Source of the DNA: Priapulus caudatus
Lineage: Eukaryota
Direction: 5' to 3'
DNA: 64,000 nt
Assembly: GCF_000485595.1 (NCBI RefSeq)
Contig: NW_014577073.1
Location: 682,666-746,665, forward strand
A program made the translations under genes and the position numbers. The notes under the pieces are model-generated. The model was given only the letters and a program-made list of their open reading frames with translations. It was not told where the DNA came from and searched no databases. Of the stretch, positions 26,626 to 40,388 are shown piece by piece (the first letter of the stretch is position 1; each line of letters starts with the position of its first letter).

Positions 26626-26682
26626 GTGTGTGTGTGGTGTGTGTGTGCGTGCTTATGTGTGTGTGTCTGTGTGTGTGTGTGG

Positions 26683-26722
<40 letters not shown>

Positions 26723-26746
26723 GTGTGTGTGTGCTGTGTGGTATTG

Positions 26747-26803
<57 letters not shown>

Positions 26804-26828
26804 CGTGCGTGCCTGTGTGTGCCTGTGT
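26556..26828. repeat. (TG)n microsatellite, just before a 10-N gap (26843-26852)
   Basis: Read directly. Confidence 0.95.
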
Positions 26829-27052
26829 AAAAAAATATCACTNNNNNNNNNNAATTATATATACGTGCGTAGCATTATCGCCCAAACAAAAATACAAACG
26901 TTATCGCTGTTTCTATAATCGCTTCGGGGACTTCAAATCGTGACAAACTGACGAAACGACGATGTCTGTGAGGGATGGAAGGCCAGAGGAAAGGCCCGAC
27001 TCCCCGCTACTCATAGCCTAATTTGCACATCGGTACCTTAACTCTATGTACG

Positions 27053-27097
27053 CGAGAGAGAGAGAGAGAGAAAGAGAAAGAGAGAAGATAGAGAGAA

Positions 27098-27130
<33 letters not shown>

Positions 27131-27131
27131 C

Positions 27132-27169
<38 letters not shown>

Positions 27170-27215
27170 GGAGAGAGAGAGAGAGAGGAGAGAGAGAGAC
27201 GAGAGAGACAAGGAG

Positions 27216-27260
<45 letters not shown>

Positions 27261-27287
27261 AGGAGAGAGAGGGAAGAGAGAGAGAGG

Positions 27288-27321
<34 letters not shown>

Positions 27322-27333
27322 GAGAGAGTAGAG
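27053..27333. repeat. (AG)n microsatellite
   Basis: Read directly. Confidence 0.95.
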
Positions 27334-27539
27334 ACTATATCAGCACCGACGAGTGCCACACAAAAACCTCGTCGAAAATTTAGCGACGGTGCCTACATCC
27401 TTCCGATAGAAATTGCGTTCATCCCGCGGCTCGCCGCTCCATCTCCATCACGCCATCAGCGTTCACGGACGCCACCCGTGAGTGACGCGGACGCAATGCG
27501 CATGCAAGCGCACACAGCACTGCGTGTTAGTGTTAGCAG

Positions 27540-30500
27540 CAGGGAGAGGAGTGAGGGCATCATTGTTATTTACAGCACTGTGTGAAGGGCGGCAGTGCAG
27601 GGAGGGGAGTGAGGGCATCATTGTTATTTACAGCACTGTGTGAAGGGCGGCAGTGCAGGGAGGGGAGTGAGGGCATCATTGTTATTTACAGCACTGTGTG
27701 AAGGCGGCAGTGCAGGGAGGGGAGTGAGGGCATCATTGTTATTTACAGCAGCTGTGTGAAGGGCGACAGTGGCAGGGAGGGATGTGAGGGCCATCATTGT
27801 TATTTACAGCGCTGTGTGAAGGCGGCAGTGCAGGGAGGGAGAGAGGACATCATTGTTATTTACAGCACTGTGTGAAGGGCGGCAGTGCAGGAGAGGAGTG
27901 AGGCGTCATTGTTTATTTACAGCACTGTGTGAAGGGCGGCAGTGCGGGAGGGGAGAGAGGGCATCATTGTTATTTACAGCACTGTGTGAAGGGCGGCAGT
28001 GCGGGAGGGAGAGAGGGCATCATGTTATTTTACAGCACTTGTGTAAGGGCGGCAGTGCAGGGAGGGGAGTGAGGCATCATTGTTATTTACAGCACTGTGT
28101 GAAGGGCGGCAGTGCAGGAGGGGAGAGAGGCGCATCATTGTTATTTACAGCACTGTGTGAAGGGCGGCAGTGCAGGAGGGGAGTGAGGGCATCATTGTTA
28201 TTTACAGCAGCTGTGTGAAGGGCGGCAGGCAGGAGGGGAGAGAGGACATCATGTTATGTTACAGCACTGTGTGAAGGGCGGCAGTGCAGGAGAGGAGTGA
28301 GGGCGTCATTGTTATTTACAGCACTGTGTGAAGGGCGGCAGTGCGGGGAGGGGAGAGAGGCATCATTGTTATTTACAGCACTGTGTGAAGGGCGGCAGTG
28401 CGGGAGGGGAGAGAGGGCATCATTGTTATTTACAGCACTGTGTGAATGGCGGCAGTGCAGGGAGGGGAGTGAGGGCATCATTGTTATTTACAGCACTGTG
28501 TAGAGGGCGGCAGTGCAGGAGGGGAGTGAGGGCATCATTGTTATTTACAGGCACTGTGTGAAGGGCGGCAGTGCGGGGAGGGGAGTGAGGCATCATTTTA
28601 TTTACAGCACTGTGTGAAGCGGCGGCAAGTGCAGGGAGGGGAGTGAGGGCATCATTGTTATTTACAGCACTGTGTGAAGGGCGGCAGTGCAGGGAGGGGA
28701 GTGAGGGCATCATTGTTATTACAGCACTGTGGGAAGGGCGGCAGTGCAGGTGGAGGGAGGAGTGAGCGGCATCATTGTTATTTACAGCACTGTGTGAAGG
28801 GCGGAGGCAGTGCAGGGAGGGGAGTGAGGGCATCATTGTTATTTAGCAGCACTGTGTGGAAGGGCGGCAGGGCGGGGAGAGGAGAGAGGGATCATTGTTA
28901 TTTACAGCACTGTGTGAAGGGCGGCCAGTGCAGGGAGGGGAGTGAGGGCATCATTGTTATTTACAGCATTGTGTGAAGGCGGCAGTGCAGGGAGGGGAGT
29001 GAGGGCATCATTGTTATTTAGCAGCACTGTGTGAAGGGCGCGGCAGTGCAGCGGAGGGGGTGGAGGGCATCATTGTTATTTACAGCACTGTGTGAAGGGC
29101 GGCAGTGCAGGGAGGGGAGTGAGGGCATCCATTGTTATTTACAGCACTGTGGGAAGGCGGCAGTGCGGGGAGGGGAGTGAGGGCATCATTTGTATATTTA
29201 CAGCAGCTGTTGAAGGGCGGCAGTGCAGGGAGGGGACTGAGGCGCATCATTGTTATTTACAGCACTGTGGGAAGGGCGGCAGTGTCGGGAGCGGGAGTAG
29301 ACGGGCATCATTGTTATTTACAGCCACTGTGTGAAGGGCGCGGCAGGGAGGGCGAGTGGGGCATCATTGTTATATTTACAGCCACTGTGTGAAGGAGCGG
29401 CAGTGCAGGGAGCGGAGTGAGGGCATCATTGTTATTTACAGCACTGTGTGAAGGGCGGCAGTGCCAGGGAGGGGAGTGAGGGCATCATTGTTATTTACAA
29501 AGCCACTCGTGGGAAGGGCAGGGCAGTGCGGGGAAGGGCGAGTGAGCGGCATCATTGTATTTACAGGCACTGATGTGAAGGGGCGGCAGTGCAGCGGAGG
29601 GGAGTGAGGGCATCATTGCCTTATTTACAGGCACTGTGGCGAAAGTGCGGCGCATGCGGGGGGGAGTGAGGGCATCATTGTTATTTACAGCACTGTGTGA
29701 AGGGCGGCAGCTGCATGGAGAGCGGTAGTTGAGCGGCATCATTGTATTTACAGCAGCTGTGTGAAGGGCGCAGGGCGGGGAGGGGAGGGAAGAGGCCAAT
29801 CATTGTTATTTACCAGCACTGTGTGAGAGGGCGGACCGTGCAGCGAGGGGGTGAGGCATCATTGTTATTTACCAGCATTGTGTGAAGGGCGGCAGTGCAG
29901 GGAGGGGAGTCGGAGGGCATGCATTGTTATTTACACCAGCACCTGTGTGAAGGGCGGCGTGCAGGGGAGGGAGTGAGGGCAATCATTGTTATTTACAGCA
30001 AGGCTGTGTGATGGGCGGCAGTGCAGGGAGGGAGTGAGCGCGCATCATTGTTTTTACAGCACTGTGTGAAGGGCGGCAAGTGGCAGCGGAGAGGACGTGA
30101 GGGCATCATTGTTATTTACAGCACTGTATGAAGGGCGGCAGTGCAGGGAGGGGAGTGAAGGGCATCATTGTTATTTACAGCACTGTGTGGAGGCCGGCAG
30201 TGCAGGGAGAGAGTGAGGAGCATCATTGCTTTATTTACAGGCACTGTGTGAAAGGCGCGGCAGTGCGGGGGAGGGGAGTGAGGGCTCATTTCGTTATTTA
30301 GCAGCACTGTGGATAAAGGGCGGGCAGTGCGGGGGAGGGGAGTGAGGGCCATCACTTGTTATTTAGACAGCACTGTGTGAGAAGCCGCGCGCAGTGCAGG
30401 GATGGGAGGTGAGGGCATCCATTGCTTATTTAGCTAGCACTGTGCTGTAAGGGCGGCAGTGCGGTAGGGCGAGTGAAGGACCATCATTGTTATTTACAGC

Positions 30501-32000
30501 ACCTGTGATGAAGGGCTGGCAGTGCAGGGAGGGGATGTGAGGCATCATTTTATTTTACAGCACTGTGTGAAGGGCGGCAGTTGCAGGGAGAGGGTAGTGA
30601 GGCATCATTGTTAATTACAGCAATGTTGTGAAACGGGCGCAGTGCGGGGAGGGGAGTGCAAGGACATTCATTGTTATTTACAGGCACTTGTGGAAGGCCG
30701 CGCAGTGCGGGAGAGGAGTGAGGGCATCATATGGTTATTTACAGCACTGTGGAAGGGCGGCAGTTGCGGGGAGTGGGATGAGGGCATCAGTGTTTATTTA
30801 CAGCACTGTGGTGAAGGGCGGCCAGTGCAGGGGATGGGAGTGAGGGCATTCATTGCTTATTTACAGCACTGGTTGTGAAAGGCGGCAGTTGCGGCGTAGC
30901 GGAGTGAGGACATCATTGTTATTTACAGCACTGTGTGAAGGGCGGCAGTGCAGGCGAGGTGGAGTGAGGGCATCATTGTTATTACGAGCACTGTGTGAAG
31001 GCGGCCAGTGCAGGGAGAGGAGTGAGGGCATCATTGTTATTTACAGCACTGTGTGAAGGGGCGGCAGTGACAGGAGGGAGCGAGGGCATCCATTGTTAGT
31101 TTACACAGCTGTGTGAAGCGGCGGCAGGCAGGGAGAGGAGTGAGGGCTTTTTCATTGTTATTTTTTTAACAAAAGCCCACTGTATGAAGGGCGGCAGTGC
31201 AGGGAGGGGACGTGGGGCATCATTGTTATTTAACCAGCACTGTGTGGTGACGAGCGGCGGCAAGTGAGGGAGAGGAGTGAGGGCAATCATGTTTATTTAC
31301 GCACTGTGTGAACGGGCAGCATGCAGGGAGGGGGTTGAGGGGCATCATTTGTTATTTACAGCAGCTGTGTGAAAGGGCGGCCAGTGCAGGGAGGGAGTGA
31401 GGCAGTCATTGTTATTTACAGGGCACTGTTGTGAGGGGCGGGCAGTGCAGGGAGGGGAGTGAGGGCATCATTGTTATTTACAGCACTGTGTGCAGGGCGC
31501 GCAGTGGCAGGGCAGCGGAAGTGAGGGCATCATTGTTATTTACAGCCGCTGTGTTGAAGGCGCGCCAGTGCAGGGAGGGGAGTGAGAGAGCATCTTGTTA
31601 TTTACAGCACTGTGTGTAAGGGCGGCAGTGCAGGGAGGGGGTGCGGAGCATCATTGTTATTTACAAGCGCCTGTGTGAAGTGGCGGCAGTGCCAGGGAGG
31701 GAAGTGATGGGCATCATGTTGCTTATTTACAGCACTTGTTGAAGGGCGGCCGTGCAGGAGGGGAGTGAGGGCGATCATTGTTATTTTACAGCACTGTGTG
31801 AAGGGCGCAGTGCAAGGGAGGGGAGTGAGGGCAATATTGTTATTTACAGCGCCTGTGTGAATGGGCGGCCAGTGCAAGAGGGGAGTGGAGGCATCATTGT
31901 TATTTAACAGCACCTGTGTGAAGGGCGGCCAGTGCAGGGAGAGAGAGTGATGGCTATCATTGTTATTTACAGCACTGTGTGAAGGGCGTCAGTGCGGGGA
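27540..32000. repeat. 58-bp satellite/minisatellite, roughly 75 copies; monomer CAGGGAGGGGAGTGAGGGCATCATTGTTATTTACAGCACTGTGTGAAGGGCGGCAGTG
   Basis: Period 58 measured on the first copies (27541 to 27599); head-to-tail with no unique spacers. Confidence 0.97.
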
Positions 32001-32473
32001 CGGGATCGAAGAGAGGCATCCCTGCGCGGACGGGAACACTTCTGTCCGGCGTCGGCTAAGCTCGTCGGCGATTGAAAGTGGACTGGCTGCGCCTACAGCA
32101 AATCAAAGCATTTGTAGCGATTATTTGATATGCGAAATCGCATAGTGACGGATGATGAAGGCTCGTTGATAGGAATTCGCGTTTCTATGTGCCGAGCACG
32201 TGAGGCGTGGCTTGATTGCGAGAACGCCGGGGCAGGTCGCGCGTGCGGTGCGAGTCATGCACATGTCGTGTGACGTGAAGTGTTCTGTCTGACTCCACTA
32301 CGTGAAGCCATTTTATCGTAATTTATAAAATTCTGCATATAGTGTGATTTTCTCGCACCCCCATTTTCTGCGTCGTGTGCGTGTTTCGCAGTCGTGTGTT
32401 TTCTGGCGCTGCGTGCATTATTGCGTCGTCGCGCGCGCTGTGTGTGTGCGAATGTGTACAGTACTACACACTG

Positions 32474-32522
32474 TCTCTCGCTCTCTCTCTCTCTCTTCGC
32501 CTCTCTCTCTCTTCTCTCTCTC

Positions 32523-32559
<37 letters not shown>

Positions 32560-32572
32560 TCTCTTTATCTCT

Positions 32573-32609
<37 letters not shown>

Positions 32610-32822
32610 TCTCTCTCTCTCACTTATCTCTCTTTCTCCTCTCTCTTCTCTCTCTCTTTTCTCTCCTCCTCTCTCTCTTTTCTCTCTCTCTTCTCTCTCC
32701 TGTCTCTTTCTTTCTCTTCCTCTCTCTCTCTCTCTTCTTCTCTCTCTCTCTCTCTGTCTCTTTCTTTCCTCTCTCTCTCTTCTTCTCTCTCTTTCTCTCT
32801 CTCTCTCTGTCTCTTTATTTCA

Positions 32823-32867
<45 letters not shown>

Positions 32868-33043
32868 CTCTCTCTTCTTCTTGGTTCTTCTTCCTCGTTC
32901 TTTCTTTCGTGTCTCTCTTTTCAACACACGTTCTATGCATGTGGTTTCCACTCGCCTTCACTACTTCCTTTACTAGCTTTCTTCTTCATTCCGGCATGCC
33001 GTACTAACGCGAAGTTGTCGTGCCGCGCTGGGCATGGACGCCA
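32474..33043. repeat. Left arm of a long inverted repeat: (CT)n plus ~160 bp of unique sequence
   Basis: 32880-33043 is the reverse complement of 35365-35520. Confidence 0.85.
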
Positions 33044-33979
33044 GTACGAACAAGTTAATAATATAGTTAGCGAGAACTAGTATGTTAAAGCATAATTCGA
33101 CCATTCGATTATGCAAAAGTTGACGAATGCGTACAGTAACTGGCCACCTTGTGTAGTTAATAAGTACATTACCTTATAAGCCAAACGCTGTATTAGTTTG
33201 TCCAATATGCACTGCTAATTACTAGAAATGTCTAATTGAAGATCCGTAAACTTTGCGTAATTTTGACGCACAACGCCACTAAATTTATTGCCAACAAAAT
33301 AAACAAGTCGAGAGTGGGCGGGGTGTTCGGCTTCTGGTGACGTCACAATGTTGCTACAGCATGTAGCGATCGACATTGTTTGTCCCGGTAAATTGTTTGG
33401 CCTCAGTGTTATTCTGCCCTAGTTGCCACATATTATATGTTGCTTGTAATCTCAAGAACTTCTATATTCATTTACTTTCCGAATCCCAAGGAGTAAAATC
33501 ATAACGTACCCAGGAATGCGCACTCAGACTACAAGGATCGAAAATCACTGACCGCGCCGAGGCTACGTGGCGCAAAATGTCCGGTGCACTATAATCTGTA
33601 TGACACCGCCTCGCCGCGTGGACGCCGCGTTACGGCGGCATTAGCGGGTGAAACTGTCAACAAGGATTTTATTGATCGCGGATTGAGGTGCGTGCGTGCG
33701 TGCGTGTGAGCGGCAGAGACGGCTAGCGACAGCTCCAGCGAGGCAAACACACAATGTATGCATCATGGCGATGTATGCGTGTATGTATAATATATAGATA
33801 TATCCCCATGGGTTACAGTAAGCTCAGGTAGTCAGTGCGTTCGTTTTAGGAGGGCGGTGACCGCGGCACAGCCGGCGCGCGTTCATGCCAAAGACAATCA
33901 CGTCGACGAGCATGGAACAAAATGGGTTTGTTATAATATATCACCGTGTGCCATGGTAGCATAACGAAGCTAATAAAGG

Positions 33980-34018
<39 letters not shown>

Positions 34019-34110
34019 TGTAGGTGTGTAGGTGTGTAGGTGTGTAGGTGTGTAGGTGTGTAGGTGTGTAGGTGTGTAGGTGTGTGCGCGTGCGCGTGTG
34101 CGTGTGTAGG
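33980..34110. repeat. (TG)n followed by (TGTGTAGG)n octamer repeat
   Basis: Read directly. Confidence 0.9.
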
Positions 34111-35219
34111 GGCGTATACAGGTGGTTCATGTCAGCGCTGGCAGTGTGTCCGATATAGGCTTATACACATATATGTAAAATATATGTATCCATAGTGTTT
34201 GTGTGCTTACTGGGGACTTACTTACGTGCGTGCGCGTATGCGGCAATGTTGGCTTCATGATCACTGTATAAGGTATAGCGCACACGCACGTGTACACGCA
34301 CACGAACACAGCCAAGCGCACGCTCATGCACGCACGCGCGCACGTGCTTGTATCGTTCATATGTCAATAATAATTCTCTGGTTATATAGCAATCCACCTG
34401 TACCTTTCATCTTATGGCCATTCCGTCGATGCTTACTATACATAAAAGGTTTTCGAATTTACGCACTTGGCCGTTTGTCACCCAAACGACGCGTGAATAC
34501 ATAAAACAGCGGACGAATTAGGTAAAATAATAGCAGAGGAAACGTACAACGCATGCAATTTGCACGTGCGCCACATACGCAAAAAAAAACAAGGGAAAAT
34601 CTGCGTGATTTTTCCTCTGAAATGTTTATCTCGTTTCGTTTTCTCTGCGACCCGGGTGTGGATCTGCCCGCGCCTTCGCGGGTGTGAGCGTGCGTGCTTG
34701 CGCGCATGCGGGCGCGCGTACGTGCGTGCGTGCACATGCGTGTGCGTGTGCGCGTGTGTGTACGTGTGCGTGTATTTGTGCGTGTGCGCGCGCGTGTGCA
34801 ACCTAACCTCTCCTTGTTGTCCCGCGCTATATATAGGTACGTTAAGTGTGCCCGCTGCGCGCATCCGACGAGCACACACTGGTTCATAAATGGCATTCAT
34901 CAATCGTTCAGCAGGGGTCCCGAGGGGGGAAACCCAGCACGTCACGCGTCGCGTATTATAGGCGATAGCGTCGAGGGCGGGGAGGAGGGGGGGGGGAGGA
35001 AGGGCGACTGTTCATAGAGAAGCGCGCACAATGTAAATGACGACAGCGCTGCGTTTTTCGCCCCGCGATGTTGTCATGGCAGCGGGAGCAACAGCGGCCA
35101 GCACTGTGGCTCGCTGCACGCTGCACGTGACACATTCGAAGGCGAGGATGCTTGCTGCCGCACGCACTTCTATACGCCTGACTCTCGTTCGCGCCTAGCG
35201 ACGGAGAACAAGGAGGGCC

Positions 35220-35253
<34 letters not shown>

Positions 35254-35364
35254 GAGGAGGAGGAGGAGGAGAAGGTGGAGGAAGGAGGGAGTATGAAAGC
35301 ATAAAAGAGACAAACAGAATAGAAAAGCAGACAGAGACAGCGGGAGAGAAAAAACTTTCCGTAA

Positions 35365-35517
35365 TGGCGCCATGCCACGCCACGACAACTTCGCGTTAGT
35401 ACGGCAATGCCGGAAATGAAGAAGAAAGCTAGTAAAGGAAGTAGTGAAGCGAGTGGAAATACATGCATAGAACGTGTGTTGAAAAGAGAGACACAAAGAA
35501 AGAACGGGAGGAAGAGA

Positions 35518-35566
<49 letters not shown>

Positions 35567-36262
35567 CGTGGGGTAGAGAGAGCAAGTGAGAGAGAGAGAG
35601 AGAAAAAAAGAAGGGCAGAGAAAGAGGAGACAAAGAGAGAGACAGGTAGAGAGAGAGAGAGAGGGAGCGAGAGAAGAGAAGGAAACAGCGCGAGAGATAG
35701 GGAGAGAGAAATAGACGGAGAAAGAGAGATAACGAGAAAAAATAGAAACCAGCTGCGAACAAAGGAACAAGAAGCAGAGAGAAGAGAGAAAGAGAGAGAG
35801 GAGAGAGCAAGACAGAGAGAGAGAGAGAGAGAGATAGAGAAAAGAGATAACGAGAAAGGAGAACACTGCGAGACAAGAACAAGAAGAGAGAGAAGAGAGA
35901 GAGAAAAGAGAGAGAGAGCGAGAGAGAGAGGAGAGCGAGAGACGAGAGAGAGAGAGAGAGAGAAGAGAGAGAAATAGACGGAGAAAGAGAGATAACGAGA
36001 AAAATAGAAACACTGCGAGACAAAGAACAAGAAAGAGAGAGAGGAGAGAGAGAAAGAGAGAGAGAAGCGAGAGACAAGAGAGAGAGAGAGAGAGTGGGGA
36101 GAGAGAGAGGCGAGAGAGAGAGAGAGATAGAAGAAAAGAGAGATAACGAGAAAAATGAGAACATCTGTCGAGACAAAGAACAAGAGGAAGACAAGAAGAG
36201 AAGTAGAAGAGAGAGAGGAGATAACGAGAAAAGAGAAACACCTGCGTATTAACACAAGAGAG

Positions 36263-36294
<32 letters not shown>

Positions 36295-36330
36295 AAGAGA
36301 GAAGAGAGAGAGAGAGAGAAGAGAGAGAGG
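35365..36330. repeat. Right arm of the inverted repeat, followed by an (AG)n-rich compound repeat with a recurring GAGATAACGAGAAAA...AACACTGCGAGACAAAGAACAAGA module
   Basis: Module seen near 35725, 35845, 35990, 36140 and 36218. Confidence 0.85.
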
Positions 36331-39300
36331 GGAGCCGCGGAGCTCAGGACTCAGCTAGGCTTCGAGGCGTACGGTTGACGCCGCGACTCAATCTCCCGCC
36401 CCTATACACCGTGGCGTACGTTACTTTCCGCGTTCGCCTTCAACTGTTGAACCCATTAGCGTTTCAACTTCATACGAGAAAATTGCCCGAATCCAATAGG
36501 CGTAGTATACTACTAACGGAGCTAAGAGCTATATATTATCCTATAGAGATATGAGTGGTCCACGCGACGAACGCAACTCGCAACGTAAATTTGATGTCTC
36601 GCATGCACCACGCACGCACGCCACGCCGCACGCACGCACGCACGCACGCAACGCACGCACATGTACGCAACATCTCTACGCACGCGCCGCGTGCACCACA
36701 CGTCACATCCAATACTCACATATCTACCGGCGCAGCATGGCGCGCACCGCCACGCACGGACGAACGCGCTACGACGCACGCACGCAGCCTAGCGTCACAT
36801 TCTACTCACGCAGGTTCACAGTTACGCCTACAACGTCCACGCGCCTATACTACGCGCGTCACGTGCATTAGCGCGTATGCTTATGCTATTAATTGAGTAA
36901 TTAGAAGGTATCTGGCGAAGGCGCGCCACCTTGGTGATTTCGATATTCGCGGCGAGTTGTCGCCACCCCGACTATAAGTAAGCGCGCTTAAATTCAAACA
37001 ACTCATGGCTGCTATCAAGTTTATACGAGTGTTTATTATCTCATGAGTGATGGTGTGTGTGTGTGTGTGCTGTGCGTGCTGTGCAGTGCGTGTGTGATCC
37101 TGTGTGTGTGTGTGTGTGCGTGTGCGGTCGCGTGTGTGTGTGTGCGCCGCTGCACCGGTGCGTGTGCCGTGTATGCGGTGTACCGCGCGTGTACGTGTTG
37201 CTGGCAGTGCTGTCCGCCGCGTGGCTCGTCGTGCGCGTTGCGCGTGCACGCGCCTGTGCGTGCGTGTACGTGCGTGTGTACGTGCTCCTCGTGTGTCTGG
37301 GCGTGCGTGTTGATCGCGATCGGCGATCAGCATCATCGTCGACACTCATCGGTCGTTGTCGTCATCCGCCGTCGGATTATCGTTGTCGTCGTGCTCGTCA
37401 TCAACTGGTTGTGTGAGTCCGATCGGCGTTCGTGACTATGACACTTGATTGCCAAGCAGCTTGGCGACTATGGTGAACCTGTCCCCACGACAAAATTACA
37501 GCCTGGCAGCGATGTGAAATTATTGGCCCGATGTAGCGGCTTATGCTGCGCTTGCCAGCTGCTATAATTGATCAAGAGCAGAGCGATTGTGTTCGAGCTA
37601 GTTTTTACACACGGCGATCTCGCCTCGCAATCGAATGCGCCCAGAAACGCAGCGCAAGATGAACGCGAGCGACGGTAGGAAGAAAGAAGTTATAGAGTAG
37701 AGGTAGGATGGAGTGAAGAAGGAGAGGAACATGCAAAGAGCGAAAGACGGCTCCGAGAGGGAGCGGAAATGAGAGATAGAGCGAGAGAACAAAAGAGAGA
37801 GGTTTGGGGGAAGAGAGACAAAACGTTATGGAGAAGGGGAGAAAGAGTAGATAGATAATAATCCCGATGAAGACAGAGAAATAGTAGATGGACCACTATT
37901 GTTGTCGGTTGTTTCTTTTGCTGCCTGCTGCTGGCTGCAGATTATGATGAGTGTTACTGCTGGTGCTCGCTGCAGTGCTGCTGCTGCTACTAACTATACT
38001 ACTACTATTCACTACCGGAGTAAGATTATATATAGGATATTATATATAATACTATGGATAACTATAATATGTGGTAGTATTATATATACGTGTGTTTATA
38101 TGTGCTGTATTATATACGTGATAGTATTAGTATGCATAATATTATATATAGTGTGTGTATGATATAATATAGCGAGTATAGATATAGGAATCTATGATTA
38201 TCTGTGCTCCTGCCGGCCAGACAGGTGGCATTCTTTGTCAACAGACAAGACATTTCGCCTCACAGCCGCAGCACTGTTTGCACGCTCCAGCGCACATCCT
38301 GCGCCAGCCAGCCTAGCGTAACAACGCTATGAACCATGTGTGACGTTCAAACATGATCTCCAGTAAAAAAAAGAGAGTATGGAAAACAAGAGGTAAGATT
38401 TGAGGTGTGAGTGGGATGTCCAAACGTAATTTAGATTAATTTTTTATTCGAGTGTCAGCTAAATATAATTAAATACGTAAAATTAGGCAAAGCAATATGT
38501 TGAGATTTCTCGTGTTTTTGGAGTGGTCATAATACTCACTCTCTAATATTGTCTTACTCCTGCCTGCTACTACTACTTCTACTACTCATTACTACTACTA
38601 CTACTACTAACTACTACTACTACTACTACTACTACTGCTCTACTGCTACTGCTACTGCTACTGCTACTGCTACTGCTACTGCTACTGCTACTGCTACTTA
38701 CTACTGCTACTGGCTACTGCTGCTACTACTATACTACTTACTACTACTACTACTACTACTACTACTGACTATTACCTGCTAATGACTTACTACTGCTGGC
38801 TACTGCTACTGCTTACTTAACTACCCTGCTTAGCTGCTAACTGCACTGCTACTTTCTACTGCTAGCGGGCTACTGCTACTGCTACTGCTACTTGCTACTG
38901 CTACTGTACTGCTACTGCATACTTGCTATGCTACTGCTTACTGCTACTGCAGCGCTACGCTACTGCTACTGCTAGCTGCTACTGCTACTGCTACTGGTTC
39001 TACTGGCTTACTGCTACTGCTACTCTACTGCTACTTGCTACTACTACTAACTACTACTACTACTAACTAACTGCCACTGACTACTACTACTCGGCCAATG
39101 CTGCTGCTGCCTCTGGCTTGCTACGCTGCTAAAACTGCGGCTTGCTGCTGCTGATGCTGGTGATGCTGCTGTTGATTAATACTCGTCAGTTTCATGGTCA
39201 AATACACCAAGTTATTTACTGCTTTGGCGCCGCACAGGCTCTTTAGTTGGCTTCAGTGCAATAATTTTACCTGCTAACTGTTCATGCTTCTTCGATTGTA

Positions 39301-40388
39301 AATTTCCCGCCACCGCTTTTCCTCTCCCCGCTGCTACCCGTAAACACCGTCCGAATAACACTGCATGCGTCAAGCAGAGTCATGATTGACAGTCGGAACT
39401 CTGATCTCAATAATGTTCACGGTGCCCCGCCCTCGCTCGCGACGCCACGCACGATTAATGAGCCGGTAGATAAATCGCCTTATCATTACTAAGCACGAAT
39501 GAATAGCTTTTCATTTTTATACATAACCCATTTTGGCTGCCACTGAAATTGCCCGAATTAAGCGCGCTTATTTATATACAGTTTCTACGCGAAACAGGTA
39601 ACATCGTACGGGTCGCGATTAGGCGAAGATAGGGGTTAATGTAGCGTACGCCGCGTGGATTTACGGCTGCCTGCATGCGCGGAGCGCGCGAAGTCACGGA
39701 GGCATGCTTGTGGTACACAGCTTAATTACGCGCAGTTTTGGTTTATTGATGCAGGTAAATGCAATCTGCAACGCATTGAACTATCTACGCGCGGATAACT
39801 ATGGAAATCATTGTGCGTGGCGTGCGCTTTAGCTTTGCGGAATCGTAATGGCTCTTGGCCGTAGTCAGGCTGCTTGACGTTGGCGGAGAATAGAACACAG
39901 GCAAAGCAATTTTGCTTGCTAGCGGAGCTATTCTACTTATCACGCTAGGCACGACGCCGTAGGCCCTGCCACTCACACGACATCTGCGTCGACTATGGAG
40001 TATAGTGTGACAGCGTTATGTGTGTTCATCGGATGACACGTCTCGCTAACATAGTACGACACTGTTGATGAGTTTGATAACGCTTCGTCGCGGCGCCCGA
40101 GTGGCCGCTATTTCTTGTCGTCACTGAATGGCGATCGTCGATATAAACGCTGTAATTTGTTTGTGCCCATGAAACGCCGATCGCTGCTATAAATGACATT
40201 ATGTGTTGCTATTCATCTGATAAGTTGATGGCTGATGTACGATAACGTGGTTTGTGATATATCATTCCGATTATCATAGATAGAGAATGATGTTATCCGC
40301 TGGTAATAAGATGATGTCATTACTGATATGGATGAGTTATCGTCGCTATAGATAACTGCGGTTGCTGATCATAAAGTCGTCGTCGCCG
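36158..40388 (+). repeat. Copy 1 of a ~4.2-kb direct duplication (probably an assembly artefact)
   Basis: Colinear with 49374-53447; differences are mostly 1-bp indels; ends exactly at the 25-N gap (40389-40413). Confidence 0.9.

Noticed and set aside
27540..32000. CRISPR-like array or satellite-embedded hammerhead ribozyme
   Set aside because: Monomers are head-to-tail with no unique spacers and there are no cas genes. The consensus has no CTGANGA...GAAA core on either strand.
34956..36255. Longest ORFs in the track (412 and 361 aa, Ser/Leu-rich)
   Set aside because: (CT)n/(AG)n translations open in several frames; no domain content.
40020..40388. Pseudogenised paralog of the heptad ORF
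   Set aside because: The frameshifts lie in the noisy end of a probable artefactual duplicate next to the gap.
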